From an uncultured Pseudomonadota bacterium (lineage in GTDB: Bacteria > Oederibacteriota > Muellerivitia > Muellerivitales > Muellerivitaceae), in assembly GCA_963843375.1 (NCBI GenBank), contig CAWJKT010000011.1, positions 288,001 through 352,000 of the forward strand: a DNA stretch of 64,000 bases. The letters are read 5' to 3'. The notes below the pieces were generated by a model, which saw only the letters and a program-made list of their open reading frames with translations, ran no database searches and had not been told where the DNA came from. The translations under genes and the position numbers were made by a program. Shown one piece after another: positions 22,697-33,525 of the stretch (positions within the stretch are counted from its first letter, which is position 1; each line of letters opens with the position of its first letter).

Positions 22697-25600
22697 ATGG
22701 GCGGGCATAATTGTCGTTTGGCCCGATTGAGGAATAAATTGATGTGCTTTTTAAGAAAAATTAAAATTTGGTTTTTCATTGCGAGCTTATTCGGTCTTGC
22801 TTTTTCAGCTTCAGCCCAAACCGCAACCATCAATGCCAACACCACAAACCAATTCATCCGTGGTTTTGGGGCTTCCAGCGCTTGGCATACCGGCGCCTAC
22901 ACCGCCGCTCAAGCTACGATTTTTTGGGACGATACCACCATGAATGGAAACAACCCCGCAGGAATCGGGTTGTCCATGCTGCGTTGCCGAATCCCGCCCG
23001 ATAATCCCACCACTGGCAATTCGACCAGTGGAAGTGACATCACCGATACAGGGGAAATAGCCGTTATGAACCAGGCCAAAGGCATGGGCCTTAGCCAGAT
23101 TTGGGCCACTGAATGGTCTGTCCCCGCTGTTTGGAAAAGTAATGACAGTTTGGATAACGGCGGAACCATTGAAGCGGCTGATTATCCCAATTACGCCAAG
23201 TACCTTCTTGATTATGTTAATTATTGTCAGAGTCAAGGCGTCACATTAATGTGCGTTTCGGCACAAAACGAACCTGATCAGAATGTCACCTATGAATCCG
23301 GAATCTGGACAGGGCAGGTTTTTCACGATTTCATTTCGGAAGATGAAGGAGCGGAATTTAAGGGCAATGCCACTAAAATCATGATGCCGGAGCCTTCCAA
23401 AAACGATCTTTTGACTGGGGGTTGCACCGGGGATGGAGACGCAACTTGTTCCTTAAGTGATGCCGCTGCCGCCACCTATATTTCTTTTATTGGCACTCAC
23501 CTTTATGGTTCAGGACCTTTGGCCTTCGCTGACACCCAAGAAAATGCCCCAACAGGCGTAACAAGAGAATATTGGGAAACCGAGATGATGGACTACAACG
23601 GAGGGGCGGCTTCCGATGATTCGATGACGGATGGTCTCGCTACGGCGACTTTAATCCAAAACTCCATGAGTGTCAGCATGAATGCTTATCATTACTGGTG
23701 GCTGGAATGTGAAAACAGCAATACGAACCAAGGACTAATCGATTACGATGGAACGACCGTTCCCCAAAGAACTTGGTGCATGGGCAATTTCAGTCGGTTT
23801 ATCCGTCCGGGCTATTACCGGATGGGCGGCACCATTACTTCTTTAGCGAACGTTTCAATTACAGCTTATAAGGATAATGTCGGGACGCCTGTGACCTTCG
23901 TTATCGTGGCAATCAACTCGGGAAATTCTGCCGCCAACCAAACCTTTACATTAAGTGGGATTACTACCACCTCAGTAACGCCCTGGCTGACCGATTCCAG
24001 TAACAACCTTACTCAACAAACCGCGGTAGCTGTTTCGGGAGGAAGTTTCACCTATTCCATGCCGGTTTCCAGTGTCGTGAGTTTTGTAGGGGTTAACAGC
24101 GCTACCGGCTCAACCAACACCTTCACCCCGACCCCCACCAACACGCCGACGAAAACAGCGACGGCTACAGCGACGAACAGTCCGACAGCCACTCGCACGA
24201 ACACCGCCACGAATACGGCCACCTCCAGCGCCACGAAGACGGCTACACCCACAATGACTAACACTGTGACCAATACAACCACCGTTACGGCCAGTTCGAC
24301 TCCGACTTCCAGCCCTACCGCCACACGAACGAATACCGTGACGAACACGACTACTTCCAGTCCAACAAGGACCCCCACGACGACCGCGACCAATACGGTG
24401 GTCAACACTTTGACGTCAACGCCGTCCAGTACGGCTACAAGCACGGCGACTACCACAAGGACAAATACCGTGACGAACACGACTACTTTCAGTCCAACGA
24501 GCACCCCCACTCCCACCGCAACCAATACAGTGGTAAATACTTTGACGTCAACGCCGTCCAGTACAGCTACAGGCACGGCGACTACCACAAGGACAAATAC
24601 CGTGACGAATACGACTACTTTCAGCCCAACGGACACCACTACGGCTACCGCGACCAACACGACGGCGAATACGGCGACTCAAACTCCCACGGCGACGCCT
24701 ACGAATACCCTGGCTAATACCGCAACCGATACTCCGACTACGACTGCTTCAAACACCGTCACTAAAACGACGACCTCCACCCCTACGAACACCTTGGCGA
24801 ATACGGCGACTCAAACCGCTACGGCGACGCCCACCAATACTTTGGCTAATACCACAACCGACACTCCAACTACGACCGCTTCAAATACCGTGACTAAAAC
24901 AACGACGTCCACCCCCACGAACACCTTGGCGAATACGGCGACTCAAACCGTCACATCAACGCCCAGCAATACCGTGGTTAATACCCCTTCGAACACCACC
25001 ACCCAAACGACGACCTTTACCCCCACGAACACCTTGGCGGATACAGCGACTCAAACTCCCACGGCGACGCCTACGAATACCTTAGCTGATAGCGCAACCA
25101 ATACACCAACCGCAACCGCTTCGAATACCGTCACTAAAACGACGACCTCCACCCCCACGAACACTTTGGCGAATACGGCGACTCAAACCGTCACATCAAC
25201 GCCCAGCAATACCGTGGTTAATACCTCAACCTCCACTCCAACCGCTACCGCTTCGAACACCGCCACCAAAACAACGACTTCAACCACTACGTTAACTCCC
25301 ACTGAAACATTGACGAATACCCTGACTCATACGACAACCTCCACGGCTACCACTACCGTTACTTTCACGATCACGCCGACCGCCACTCCAACGGCGGTGA
25401 CAGTACAGGCTTCACAAGGATCGAACCCTCCCTCGAATTCCACTCAAGTGGCGGGAGCTTCCGGCGTGACCATACAGCAGATTCAGTTAACCAATCCGGG
25501 CAATAATCCAGTTACCTTGAGCAGTTTGACTCTTACGGAAGCAGGGACTTCGCCCACGGGAATCACTTCCGTATCGCTTGTGGACGATGGGACGATTATT

Positions 25601-26173
25601 TCCACCACCAGTTTCATCGGATCAACCGCCACCATTAATTTCAGCAATATCATTCCTCCCAGTAACGGGGCGGTCACTTACCAGGTAGTGGTGAATTTCT
25701 CGAATAGCGCGGCGACAGGGAACTACACATTCAGCGTGACAGGCGGGGCAGGGACCAATGGCCAGGCAGTCCTTTTTGCCAATATGCCCGTACCCGGATC
25801 GGTCGTTACTATCGTGATGGCGACACCTTCGAATACTCCCGCGGCAGCCACATCCACCATCACTTCAACCGCCACCCCTACGGCTACCTCCACGGGTCAC
25901 CTGGGCGTCGTGGTTTATCCCAACCCGGTAACGGGGTCGACGGTAAGTGTGCTTCCGCCGGCATATTCAGGAGTTTCGGATGTTCAGGTGGAGATTTTCA
26001 CCATAGCCTTCCGGGAAGTTCAGGAGGAGTTCTTCCGGAACGTGCCGTCGGGTAAGGCGGTAACGCTGGAGTTAACCGATAAATCGGGAACTCCTTTGGC
26101 GGATGGGATCTATTACATCGTCGTCATCGTCGATGGACACCGCTCCATCGGAAAAATGCTCATCATCCGTTGA
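22697..26173 (+). CDS. GH30 glycoside hydrolase (glucuronoxylanase-like) with Thr stalk, shared beta domain and CTD
   Basis: IRGFGAS, GLSMLR.RI, WS.PA.WK, S.QNEPD...YES..W, H.YG, WETE, NAY.YWW, NFSRFIRPGY.R; start probably near 22742. Confidence 0.88.
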   Translation: MGGHNCRLARLRNKLMCFLRKIKIWFFIASLFGLAFSASAQTATINANTTNQFIRGFGASSAWHTGAYTAAQATIFWDDTTMNGNNPAGIGLSMLRCRIPPDNPTTGNSTSGSDITDTGEIAVMNQAKGMGLSQIWATEWSVPAVWKSNDSLDNGGTIEAADYPNYAKYLLDYVNYCQSQGVTLMCVSAQNEPDQNVTYESGIWTGQVFHDFISEDEGAEFKGNATKIMMPEPSKNDLLTGGCTGDGDATCSLSDAAAATYISFIGTHLYGSGPLAFADTQENAPTGVTREYWETEMMDYNGGAASDDSMTDGLATATLIQNSMSVSMNAYHYWWLECENSNTNQGLIDYDGTTVPQRTWCMGNFSRFIRPGYYRMGGTITSLANVSITAYKDNVGTPVTFVIVAINSGNSAANQTFTLSGITTTSVTPWLTDSSNNLTQQTAVAVSGGSFTYSMPVSSVVSFVGVNSATGSTNTFTPTPTNTPTKTATATATNSPTATRTNTATNTATSSATKTATPTMTNTVTNTTTVTASSTPTSSPTATRTNTVTNTTTSSPTRTPTTTATNTVVNTLTSTPSSTATSTATTTRTNTVTNTTTFSPTSTPTPTATNTVVNTLTSTPSSTATGTATTTRTNTVTNTTTFSPTDTTTATATNTTANTATQTPTATPTNTLANTATDTPTTTASNTVTKTTTSTPTNTLANTATQTATATPTNTLANTTTDTPTTTASNTVTKTTTSTPTNTLANTATQTVTSTPSNTVVNTPSNTTTQTTTFTPTNTLADTATQTPTATPTNTLADSATNTPTATASNTVTKTTTSTPTNTLANTATQTVTSTPSNTVVNTSTSTPTATASNTATKTTTSTTTLTPTETLTNTLTHTTTSTATTTVTFTITPTATPTAVTVQASQGSNPPSNSTQVAGASGVTIQQIQLTNPGNNPVTLSSLTLTEAGTSPTGITSVSLVDDGTIISTTSFIGSTATINFSNIIPPSNGAVTYQVVVNFSNSAATGNYTFSVTGGAGTNGQAVLFANMPVPGSVVTIVMATPSNTPAAATSTITSTATPTATSTGHLGVVVYPNPVTGSTVSVLPPAYSGVSDVQVEIFTIAFREVQEEFFRNVPSGKAVTLELTDKSGTPLADGIYYIVVIVDGHRSIGKMLIIR

Positions 26174-26175
26174 GG
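24539..26175 (+). repeat. Direct repeat copy 2 (~1.64 kb), matching 18936-20572
   Basis: See copy 1. Confidence 0.93.
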
Positions 26176-26628
26176 GAAATTCCTTTAAGCCCGATATTCG
26201 AAAAAACAGTCAATTGAGTTTAAGAAAAATCCCTCATTTTGTGGTCTTTTCATTTCCCGGGTCATTTCCGAAGGTTTTACACAATGGATATTTTTGATAT
26301 TTGTTTCCATTTCTCTTAAAAACTTTCATTCAACTCTAACCGCTAGAAAGTTTGAATTGTCGTCTACAATTCGAAAACCTTAAATTAATTTTGTCATCTA
26401 TGAAATCAATATAGTTTTTTCATTAGCAAAAAACTAACGTGAAACTGTTTGAAAAAGAGTCTAATTAGGACACCGCCCATGCCTTCTATCTCCTTGACAC
26501 TCCAAAAACTCCTCGTCTAAAATACGGCTTGTTTTTCAAGCTTTGCCGCCTTTCCACCGCATCAACCGGGTGGAATTTTTTTTGTAAGAGTTCCAATCCT
26601 CCTTAAGAAGAATTACCGGAGTTTTTGA

Positions 26629-27670
26629 ATGACTTCTAGCTGGTTCCATCGATATCGTTTTCTTCTCTCTTCCTCAACTTATTTATTTTTCGGATTCTCC
26701 GTAAAACCTGTCTTCGCCGATGAAGCCTCTTTCGGGGCCTGCGTCCGCCAGTTCGACGATTATCTCCGTCGGGTTGGGTTTGGTTATCCTCCTTTTTGCC
26801 TATGTGGCTTTTCTGACGGTTGGATTCCTACTTAAAACTTTCAAGCAATACCGTCAGGCCAAAAAAGAAGACAAGGCCCATGGCCATGCCGAGTCAAAAC
26901 CCGAAGGCCAAATGGCTTTTTCCCTTGCCGTTATTATTGGAACCTTCTTTGCCGCCACGGCCATAGCCATTTTGTTCTTCGCTTATTTGTTCGCGAATGT
27001 AGGCATGGATATGTCCTCGTCGAAAACGATTGGGGCAATGGTCATCACTTCGGCACTTTTCGCCTTTATCCTTGTTTTTCTTTACCTTATATATTTAACC
27101 GTCGCGGGGTTATTCCGGCATAAGACCGATCTTTCCCATGGGCAGGTTCTCGAGGCTCCCGGAGGAGTGCCCCTCAACCCGGAATTTACCCGTCGTTCTT
27201 TTCTATCCTTATTAGGTTGGGCTTGGGTGGCCTTTACGGCGGCCAGCTTGGGGGCCCTGAGCACCATGTTACGATTCGCTTTTCCCAATGTTACTTTCGA
27301 GCCGCCCCTTAAATTTAAAGCGGGTTTCCCCGTTACTTACAATCCGGGCGTGGATGAACGCTTCAAAGACGCCCACCGAGTTTGGATCGTGCGCAATGAC
27401 CTGGGTTTTTATGCCCTTTCCACCATTTGCACCCATTTGGGCTGCACCCCCAACTGGCTTCAGGCGGAACAAAAATTCAAATGTCCCTGCCACGGGAGCG
27501 GTTATTACATTACGGGGATCAACTTCGAGGGGCCCGCGCCGCGTCCTTTGGAACGGTTCCAAATCACTTTGGCGGATGACGGGCAAATTGAAATAGATGA
27601 AAGTGTCAAATTCCAACAGGAATTAGGCCAATGGGGCCTGCCGGGTTCCTTTTTGGATTATAAAGCCTAG
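26629..27670 (+). CDS. Rieske 2Fe-2S subunit with multi-TM N-terminal extension; probable frameshift near 26728
   Basis: CTHLGC and CPCHGSGY boxes, GPAPRPL; internal TRRSFL twin-Arg motif; upstream ORF 26629 has a GGAG RBS and a signal-like start. Confidence 0.88.
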
Positions 27671-27702
27671 TTTTTGCCGTTGAATAAAAGGGGGACAGAC
27701 GA

Positions 27703-28533
27703 ATGCTGGATGATTTGAAAAAAACAATCAAGCAATCGATGGAAAACCGGCCCTCGCCGGAAGCCGTTAAGAAGGCCATCGCCGAAGGGCAGATTTGGAA
27801 ATCGATATTCCGCCACGGCTATCCCGATACGCCCCGCAATCGGATTATGGCCGTCCTTTCCAACGTCTTCCTGCACTTGCATCCCGTCAAGGCACGCCAT
27901 TCGGGGGTCAAAATGAGCTATACCTGGTGCATGGGCGGCTTATCTTTCTTCCTGTTCCTGAACCTGACAGTGACCGGTGTATTGCTCATGTTTTATTACC
28001 GCCCAACGGCCGAATACGCCTATTACGATATCGTCGCCTTGCGGGAGCATGTCCCGTTGGGCATCATGCGCGAGCTTCACCGGTGGGCGGCCCACGCCAT
28101 GGTGATCGCAGTCTGGCTGCATATGTTCCGGGTCTTTATGACCGGTTCCTATAAGCCTCCCCGCGAGTTCAATTGGGTCATCGGAGTGGTTCTCCTTCTT
28201 CTGACCCTGCTTCTTTCTTTCACGGGTTATCTTTTGCCTTGGGACCAGTTGGCCATGTGGGCTATTACGGTTGGTACCAACATGGCCCGCGCCACCCCCT
28301 TCATGGGTTATGAAGGACCCGGAGCTTCCCTTATTCAAATTGGGGGGGTCAAACTGGTCCATGGCGGTTCGGATATCCACTTCGCTCTTTTGGGCGGCCA
28401 CTTCGTCGGGGAACCGACCCTGCTAAGGTTTTACGTGCTTCATTGTGTGTTTATCCCCATTGTCGCTGCGACCCTGATGGCGATCCATTTTTGGCGGGTT
28501 CGCAAAGACGGTGGAATTTCCGGCCCTCTTTGA
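27703..28533 (+). CDS. Cytochrome b6-like N-terminal subunit
   Basis: [64 protein letters not shown]. Confidence 0.93.
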   Translation: MLDDLKKTIKQSMENRPSPEAVKKAIAEGQIWKSIFRHGYPDTPRNRIMAVLSNVFLHLHPVKARHSGVKMSYTWCMGGLSFFLFLNLTVTGVLLMFYYRPTAEYAYYDIVALREHVPLGIMRELHRWAAHAMVIAVWLHMFRVFMTGSYKPPREFNWVIGVVLLLLTLLLSFTGYLLPWDQLAMWAITVGTNMARATPFMGYEGPGASLIQIGGVKLVHGGSDIHFALLGGHFVGEPTLLRFYVLHCVFIPIVAATLMAIHFWRVRKDGGISGPL

Positions 28534-28619
28534 GGACCAAGCTGTAAGTTCTTGTTTTTGAGTTTCAATTTTAAGCTCAAAATAAGAACTAAAAACTTAA
28601 AATTTCATTTCGAGGAACC

Positions 28620-29715
28620 ATGCAATTTATCGTTCATTTCATCAACGCCCTTTTCAGCCCGGTTACTTATTTTTTTGGTTCCGTCATCGGCTTCGGGGCC
28701 ATGATTTATTTCCGGGAGAAATGGACTGAACCCAAGTTTGCCTTGAAGACTGCTGGTGGGGGTGATCGCGGCACTGTTGCTGGCCATGTTCAACGATCAT
28801 TTCCGCGATATTTCCACCAAGCCGGACAACGTCCCCATCTTCATCATGGTGTTCTCGGTTGGTTTCTTCACTTGGCTTTCCTTCCGGCAGGCAGTCGTCA
28901 ACGACCGGCGAATCGCTCAGGGCCAACCCCCCAAGGAAAAGGAAACTTCAGATAAAAAAGTTTATGTCTGGCCCGACTTGGTATTTATCGAGTTCATCGC
29001 CACGATCGTCGCGGGCGTGGCCCTGTTGGTATGGTCCTTGTGCCTGCACGCTCCCCTGGAGGAGGCGGCCACCCCGGCTTGGACGCCCAACCCCTCCAAA
29101 GCACCCTGGTACTTTTTGGGCTTGCAGGAAATGCTGGTTTACTACGATCCCTGGTTGGCGGGTGTGGTATTTCCGACCCTTATTATCGTGGGGCTCATGG
29201 CCATTCCCTATATCGACAAAAACCCCAAGGGCGCGGGTTATTACACCTTCAACGAGCGGAAGTTCGCGATTATCCCCTTCCTGTTCGGATTCCTTATTTT
29301 ATGGGTGACTTTGATTTTCTTGGGCACCTTCCTACGGGGCCCGGGCTGGAACTTTTTCGGCCCCTTCGAGGATTGGGATCCCCACAAGGTCTTGGTGTTG
29401 AACAACGTGAACCTGTCCGAGTATTTCTGGGTCAAGTGGCTGGGTTTCACGGGGATAGGTCTTCCCAAAATAATCCTGATTCGGGAAATGCCCGGCTTTT
29501 TGATCCTCGGCTTTTATTTTATCGTTCTGCCGCCGCTCTTGACCAAAAAGATCCCCTATCTGCAAATGTTGTTGGAGAAACTGGGTATTGTGCGTTACGG
29601 CGTCCTGATCAACCTCATCATTTTGATGGCGGCACTTCCCATCAAGATGCTCTTGCGTTGGGCTTTCAACCTGAAGTACATCGTCGGGATACCTGAATTT
29701 TTCTTCAATATTTAA
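28620..29715 (+). CDS. Cytochrome b6 subunit IV-like membrane subunit; frameshift near 28755
   Basis: VWPDLV...APLEE.A.P..TPNPSKAPWYFLGLQE; GAGG RBS before ATG 28620. Confidence 0.82.
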
Positions 29716-29730
29716 TGTAAGGAATACACC

Positions 29731-32566
29731 TTGGCGGATTTTAAAGACGAGAGAGCTTACGACAGCAAAACCCTGACCCAATGGTTCCTGGGGTCCAGCT
29801 TGGTCCTGCTGGTCTGCGTCATCCTAATGGCTTATTTCGATTACCACCGTCCCTGGAAAGACTACCAGCGCCGGTTCATGCGCTTCCAAAGGCACTATGA
29901 CATCCAGGAAAGAAATCAGGTGGCTTCGGAAGTCGACGTGGCCCAGTACAAGCAGTTGAAGAGCGATCTCAAGGAAGCCGACGAGGAACTGAAATCCCAC
30001 AAGGGCCAGATTGACAAACTTACTTCCCTAGAGGCCACGCTGGACGCGAAGATCTACAGCAAAAAGTCACAATACCAGATGTTGAAAGCCAACATCGACG
30101 CCGATAAATACGCTTATTCGGAAGGGCTTAAGAACGGCAACAACGAAGATAACTTCAAAAAACACCTGGATGATGAAATCGACCGGGCTGCCATACTCAC
30201 CCAAGAGCAATTCGACCTGCAACAAGAACGGGACCAAGCCGCCAAGAGCATTACGGATATGACTGCCCAAAGGGACGCGGTCCAGGCCAAGATCACGAAA
30301 ATGAGGGCGAGTTATGATGCCCTGGAGAAAAAAATCCGCAACCTTTCCTTCAATTTCTTCTTTTACTTCCGCAACGCCATGCTGTTGGATTTCATGTCTC
30401 CGACCATCCAGATCCAGCAAGTGGTCCTGAAGAACCTGCCGGAAGACCTTTATTTCGCCAAGACCATGCGGGTGGACCGCTGTATGACCTGCCACTTGGG
30501 GATCGACAAGAAGGATTTTGACGAGGACCATTACCCCGGAATCCCCAAAGTTTTCAAGTCCCACCCCACTTGGATCTTTACGTAGGCTCCACCAGCCCCC
30601 ATCCGATGGACAAAGTCGGCTGCACGATCTGCCACGGCGGCATGGGACCTTCCCTTACATTCAATACTTGCGCCCACGTGCCCAATGACGAGGAAGAAGC
30701 CAAGCTATGGAAGAAAAAATACGGCTGGAAAGAGCCGGAAGCCGTCCAAAGCACGATGCTGCCCCTGAAATTCACCGAAGGCTCCTGCTTGAAGTGCCAT
30801 GGCACCCAGGAACAGGTCAACTTCGCCCCCAAACTCAACCGGGGAAGGGAATTGATGGTAGTCCGGGGTTGCGTGGGCTGCCACAAGGTTAAGAATCTGG
30901 AAGGCCTAACCAAGGCCGGACCCATGCTTTATAAAGTCAAGGGCAAGCTCAAGAAGGATTTCGTCCTCAAATGGGTCTGGGATCCAAAGGCTTACAATCC
31001 CGCAGCCAAGATGCCCAGCTTCTTCCACCAAACCAACAATTCCGATCCCGACATCATGGCCAAGAACAAGGCCGAGTTGAACGCGGTGGTGGATTATATC
31101 TACGAAAAGTCCGAAGACTATACCCCCAACATGGTTCCGGGCCACGGAAGTGTTGCGGAGGGCAAGAAACTTTTCAAAGAAGTCGGCTGCCTGGCCTGTC
31201 ACGGCATCGACGACGTCACCAGCCACCACGCGGACTTCGCGCCGGACCTTTCTTCCGTGGGCAGCAAGCTTTCCGCGGCATTCGTTTATTCCTGGATTAA
31301 GAACCCGCAGCATTTCAACCCTGATACCCGCATGCCTTCCCTGCGCCTGTCTGATCAGGAGGCATCGAACATCACGGCCTACCTCATGTCCAAACGCAAC
31401 AAGGATTTCGAAGACGCAGCTCCGCCGAGTTTTGATCCCGCCGTCCGGGACTGGCTGATCGTGGATTACTTGACGCCCCAAGTCGGCCTTGAGGCTGCCA
31501 ACGCCCAATTGACGACGATGGACGAACATGCCAAGCAATTGTTCCTGGGCGAGAAGACCCTTAACAAGTACGCCTGTTTCGCCTGCCACATGATCAAGGG
31601 TTTCGAGACCACCCCCGGCATAGGGACTGAATTGACAACATGGGGCACCAAGCGTGTCAGCCAACTGGATTTCGGGTTTACCGACCCAGCGGAAATTCCC
31701 CACACCCACGAGGGTTTCCTGGCCGCCAAACTGAAGAATCCCCGCGTTTTTGACAAGGACAAGGTCCCGGTCCAGGCCTTTCAAGACCTGCTGAAGATGC
31801 CCAATTTCTACCTGAATGACGACGACCGGGAAGCCATCATGACGGCTGTCCTGGGTCTTACCCAAACCTATATTCCTGACGACATGATGGCCGGCATCGA
31901 GGGCAACGGTCCCATTCTCGAAAAGGGAAGGCGCGTCATCGCGGATTTCAACTGCCGCGGCTGTCACTTGATCGAGGACCAGGGCGGAAAAATCCGCGAA
32001 ATGTACAAGAAGGAAGGGATCGACCTGTCCCTGGCCCCGCCTAACCTGCGTAAGGAAGGCGCCAAAATCCAGATCGACTGGTTCCATAATTTCTTCTGGG
32101 CGTTCACCCCATTCGGCCCTGGCTGCATATCCGCATGCCCAGCTTCCCCTGGACGGACGAGAAGGTCAGCGACGTCATCACCTATTTCAACTTGAAGGAA
32201 GACCAGGTATTTCCCTTCCCCAGCGTTGCAGACGCATAAATTAAAAGGGGAGGACCTGACACAGGCCCACAACCTCTTCGCCAAGCTCCAGTGCCAGAAG
32301 TGCCACGTATCTGGGCACCAAGATGCCCGCTGGACCTTAATTCGGCCGCGCCTGACCTGTTACAAGTTCACGCGCGCTTGAAGCCGGACTGGGTGGTGGA
32401 ATGGCTGAAAAATCCCGACGCGCTTCAGCCGGGAACCCATATGCCTGGCTTCTGGCCCGAGCGACCAACCCGCCCCCGACGCCAAGGCTTTTGGCGGGGA
32501 CGGTTTGAAGCAGCGGAAGCCCTGAGGGATTATCTCTTTATGCTGGGAAAAGGAGAGACCAACTAA
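29731..32566 (+). CDS. Membrane-anchored octaheme cytochrome c with coiled-coil region; several frameshifts
   Basis: CxxCH motifs CMTCH, CTICH, CLKCH, CVGCH, CLACH, CFACH, CRGCH, plus CQKCH read by hand at ~32292; fragments 29731-30585, 30570-32195 and 32291-32566. Confidence 0.85.
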
Positions 32567-32704
32567 TCCAGGCGGCCTTGATTTCGTGGGTCGTGACCCG
32601 AATAAGGTAAGTGACTAGGTAGTTAAGGATGAGGTAAACAAAGGAAACCTGCGAGGGCGACCTATTAAAAACCACTTTTTAAATTAAAACGAAGGAGTCG
32701 AGCG

Positions 32705-33496
32705 ATGGATTTGAGAAAAGTACTTGGCCTTCTTGGTGCTAGCGGGTTTGTTGATCACCACGGGCTGCGGAAACAGCGACGATCAGGATGATTTCGGTAA
32801 GGCAGCGGCAGGCGGAGGGGCTGGCACGGCTTCCTCGGCTTCCGCCGGGGCCATGGGAACGGCCAGCATCGCTGGCAAGGTGACCTTGACCGGCAAGGCT
32901 CCTATCGCCGCCATCATCGCCTACGACGCGGACCCGGTCTGCAAGGCCCAGCACGCCACCTCGGGCAAGGATGAGACGGTCATAGCCGATGCGAACGGTG
33001 ATCTGGCTAACGTGTTCGTCTACGTCAAGGACGGCGCCGGAAGTTATTCGGCACCAACTACGCCGGTTACCCTGCTCCAGAAGGGCTGTATGTACAATCC
33101 CCACGTGTTCGGCATCCAGGTCAATCAGCCCCTGGACATCGTGAACGGCGACCCCACCCTCCACAACGTGCATTGCATGGCTGTCATCAATGACGCCTTT
33201 CAACGTGGGCCAGCCTTCCCAGAACATGATGTCCGAAAAGAAATTCTACCAAGCCCGAGGTTTTGGTGAAGTTCAAGTGTGATGTTCACGGCTGGATGCA
33301 TTGCGTGGCGGGCGTAGTCACCAATCCTTTCTATAGTATTTCGGGCACCGACGGGACCTTTAAGATTGCCCAACTGCCCGCCGGGACCTACACCGTTGTT
33401 GCCGTCCATGAGAAATATGGTGAATCCCAGCCGCAGCAAATTACGGTCAAAGACGGGGAAGCCGCCAGCGCGAACTTCACTTTCGCCGCCCAATAA
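32705..33496 (+). CDS. Lipoprotein with cupredoxin-like and carboxypeptidase-regulatory-like domains; frameshifted
   Basis: AAGGAG RBS; TGC lipobox; QKGCMYNPHV, N.DPTLHNVH, KCDVHGWM, DGTFKI..LPAGTY...HE.YG. Confidence 0.75.
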
Positions 33497-33525
33497 GACC
33501 TGAAGTTTAAAAGATTATTCATCCG

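Noticed and set aside
689..24660. Many Val-rich minus-strand ORFs (VAVLVGV...)
   Set aside because: Antisense shadows of ACN-rich Thr stalks; they coincide with the stalks of longer plus-strand genes
18936..26175. Direct repeats as a composite transposon or a DGR template/variable pair
   Set aside because: The repeats encode protein tails; there is no transposase or reverse transcriptase and no adenine-specific mismatches
30906..32087. 393-aa minus-strand ORF, and similar ones such as 48575-49393 (+) and 44587-45291 (+)
   Set aside because: Antisense to well-supported genes, with no recognisable motifs
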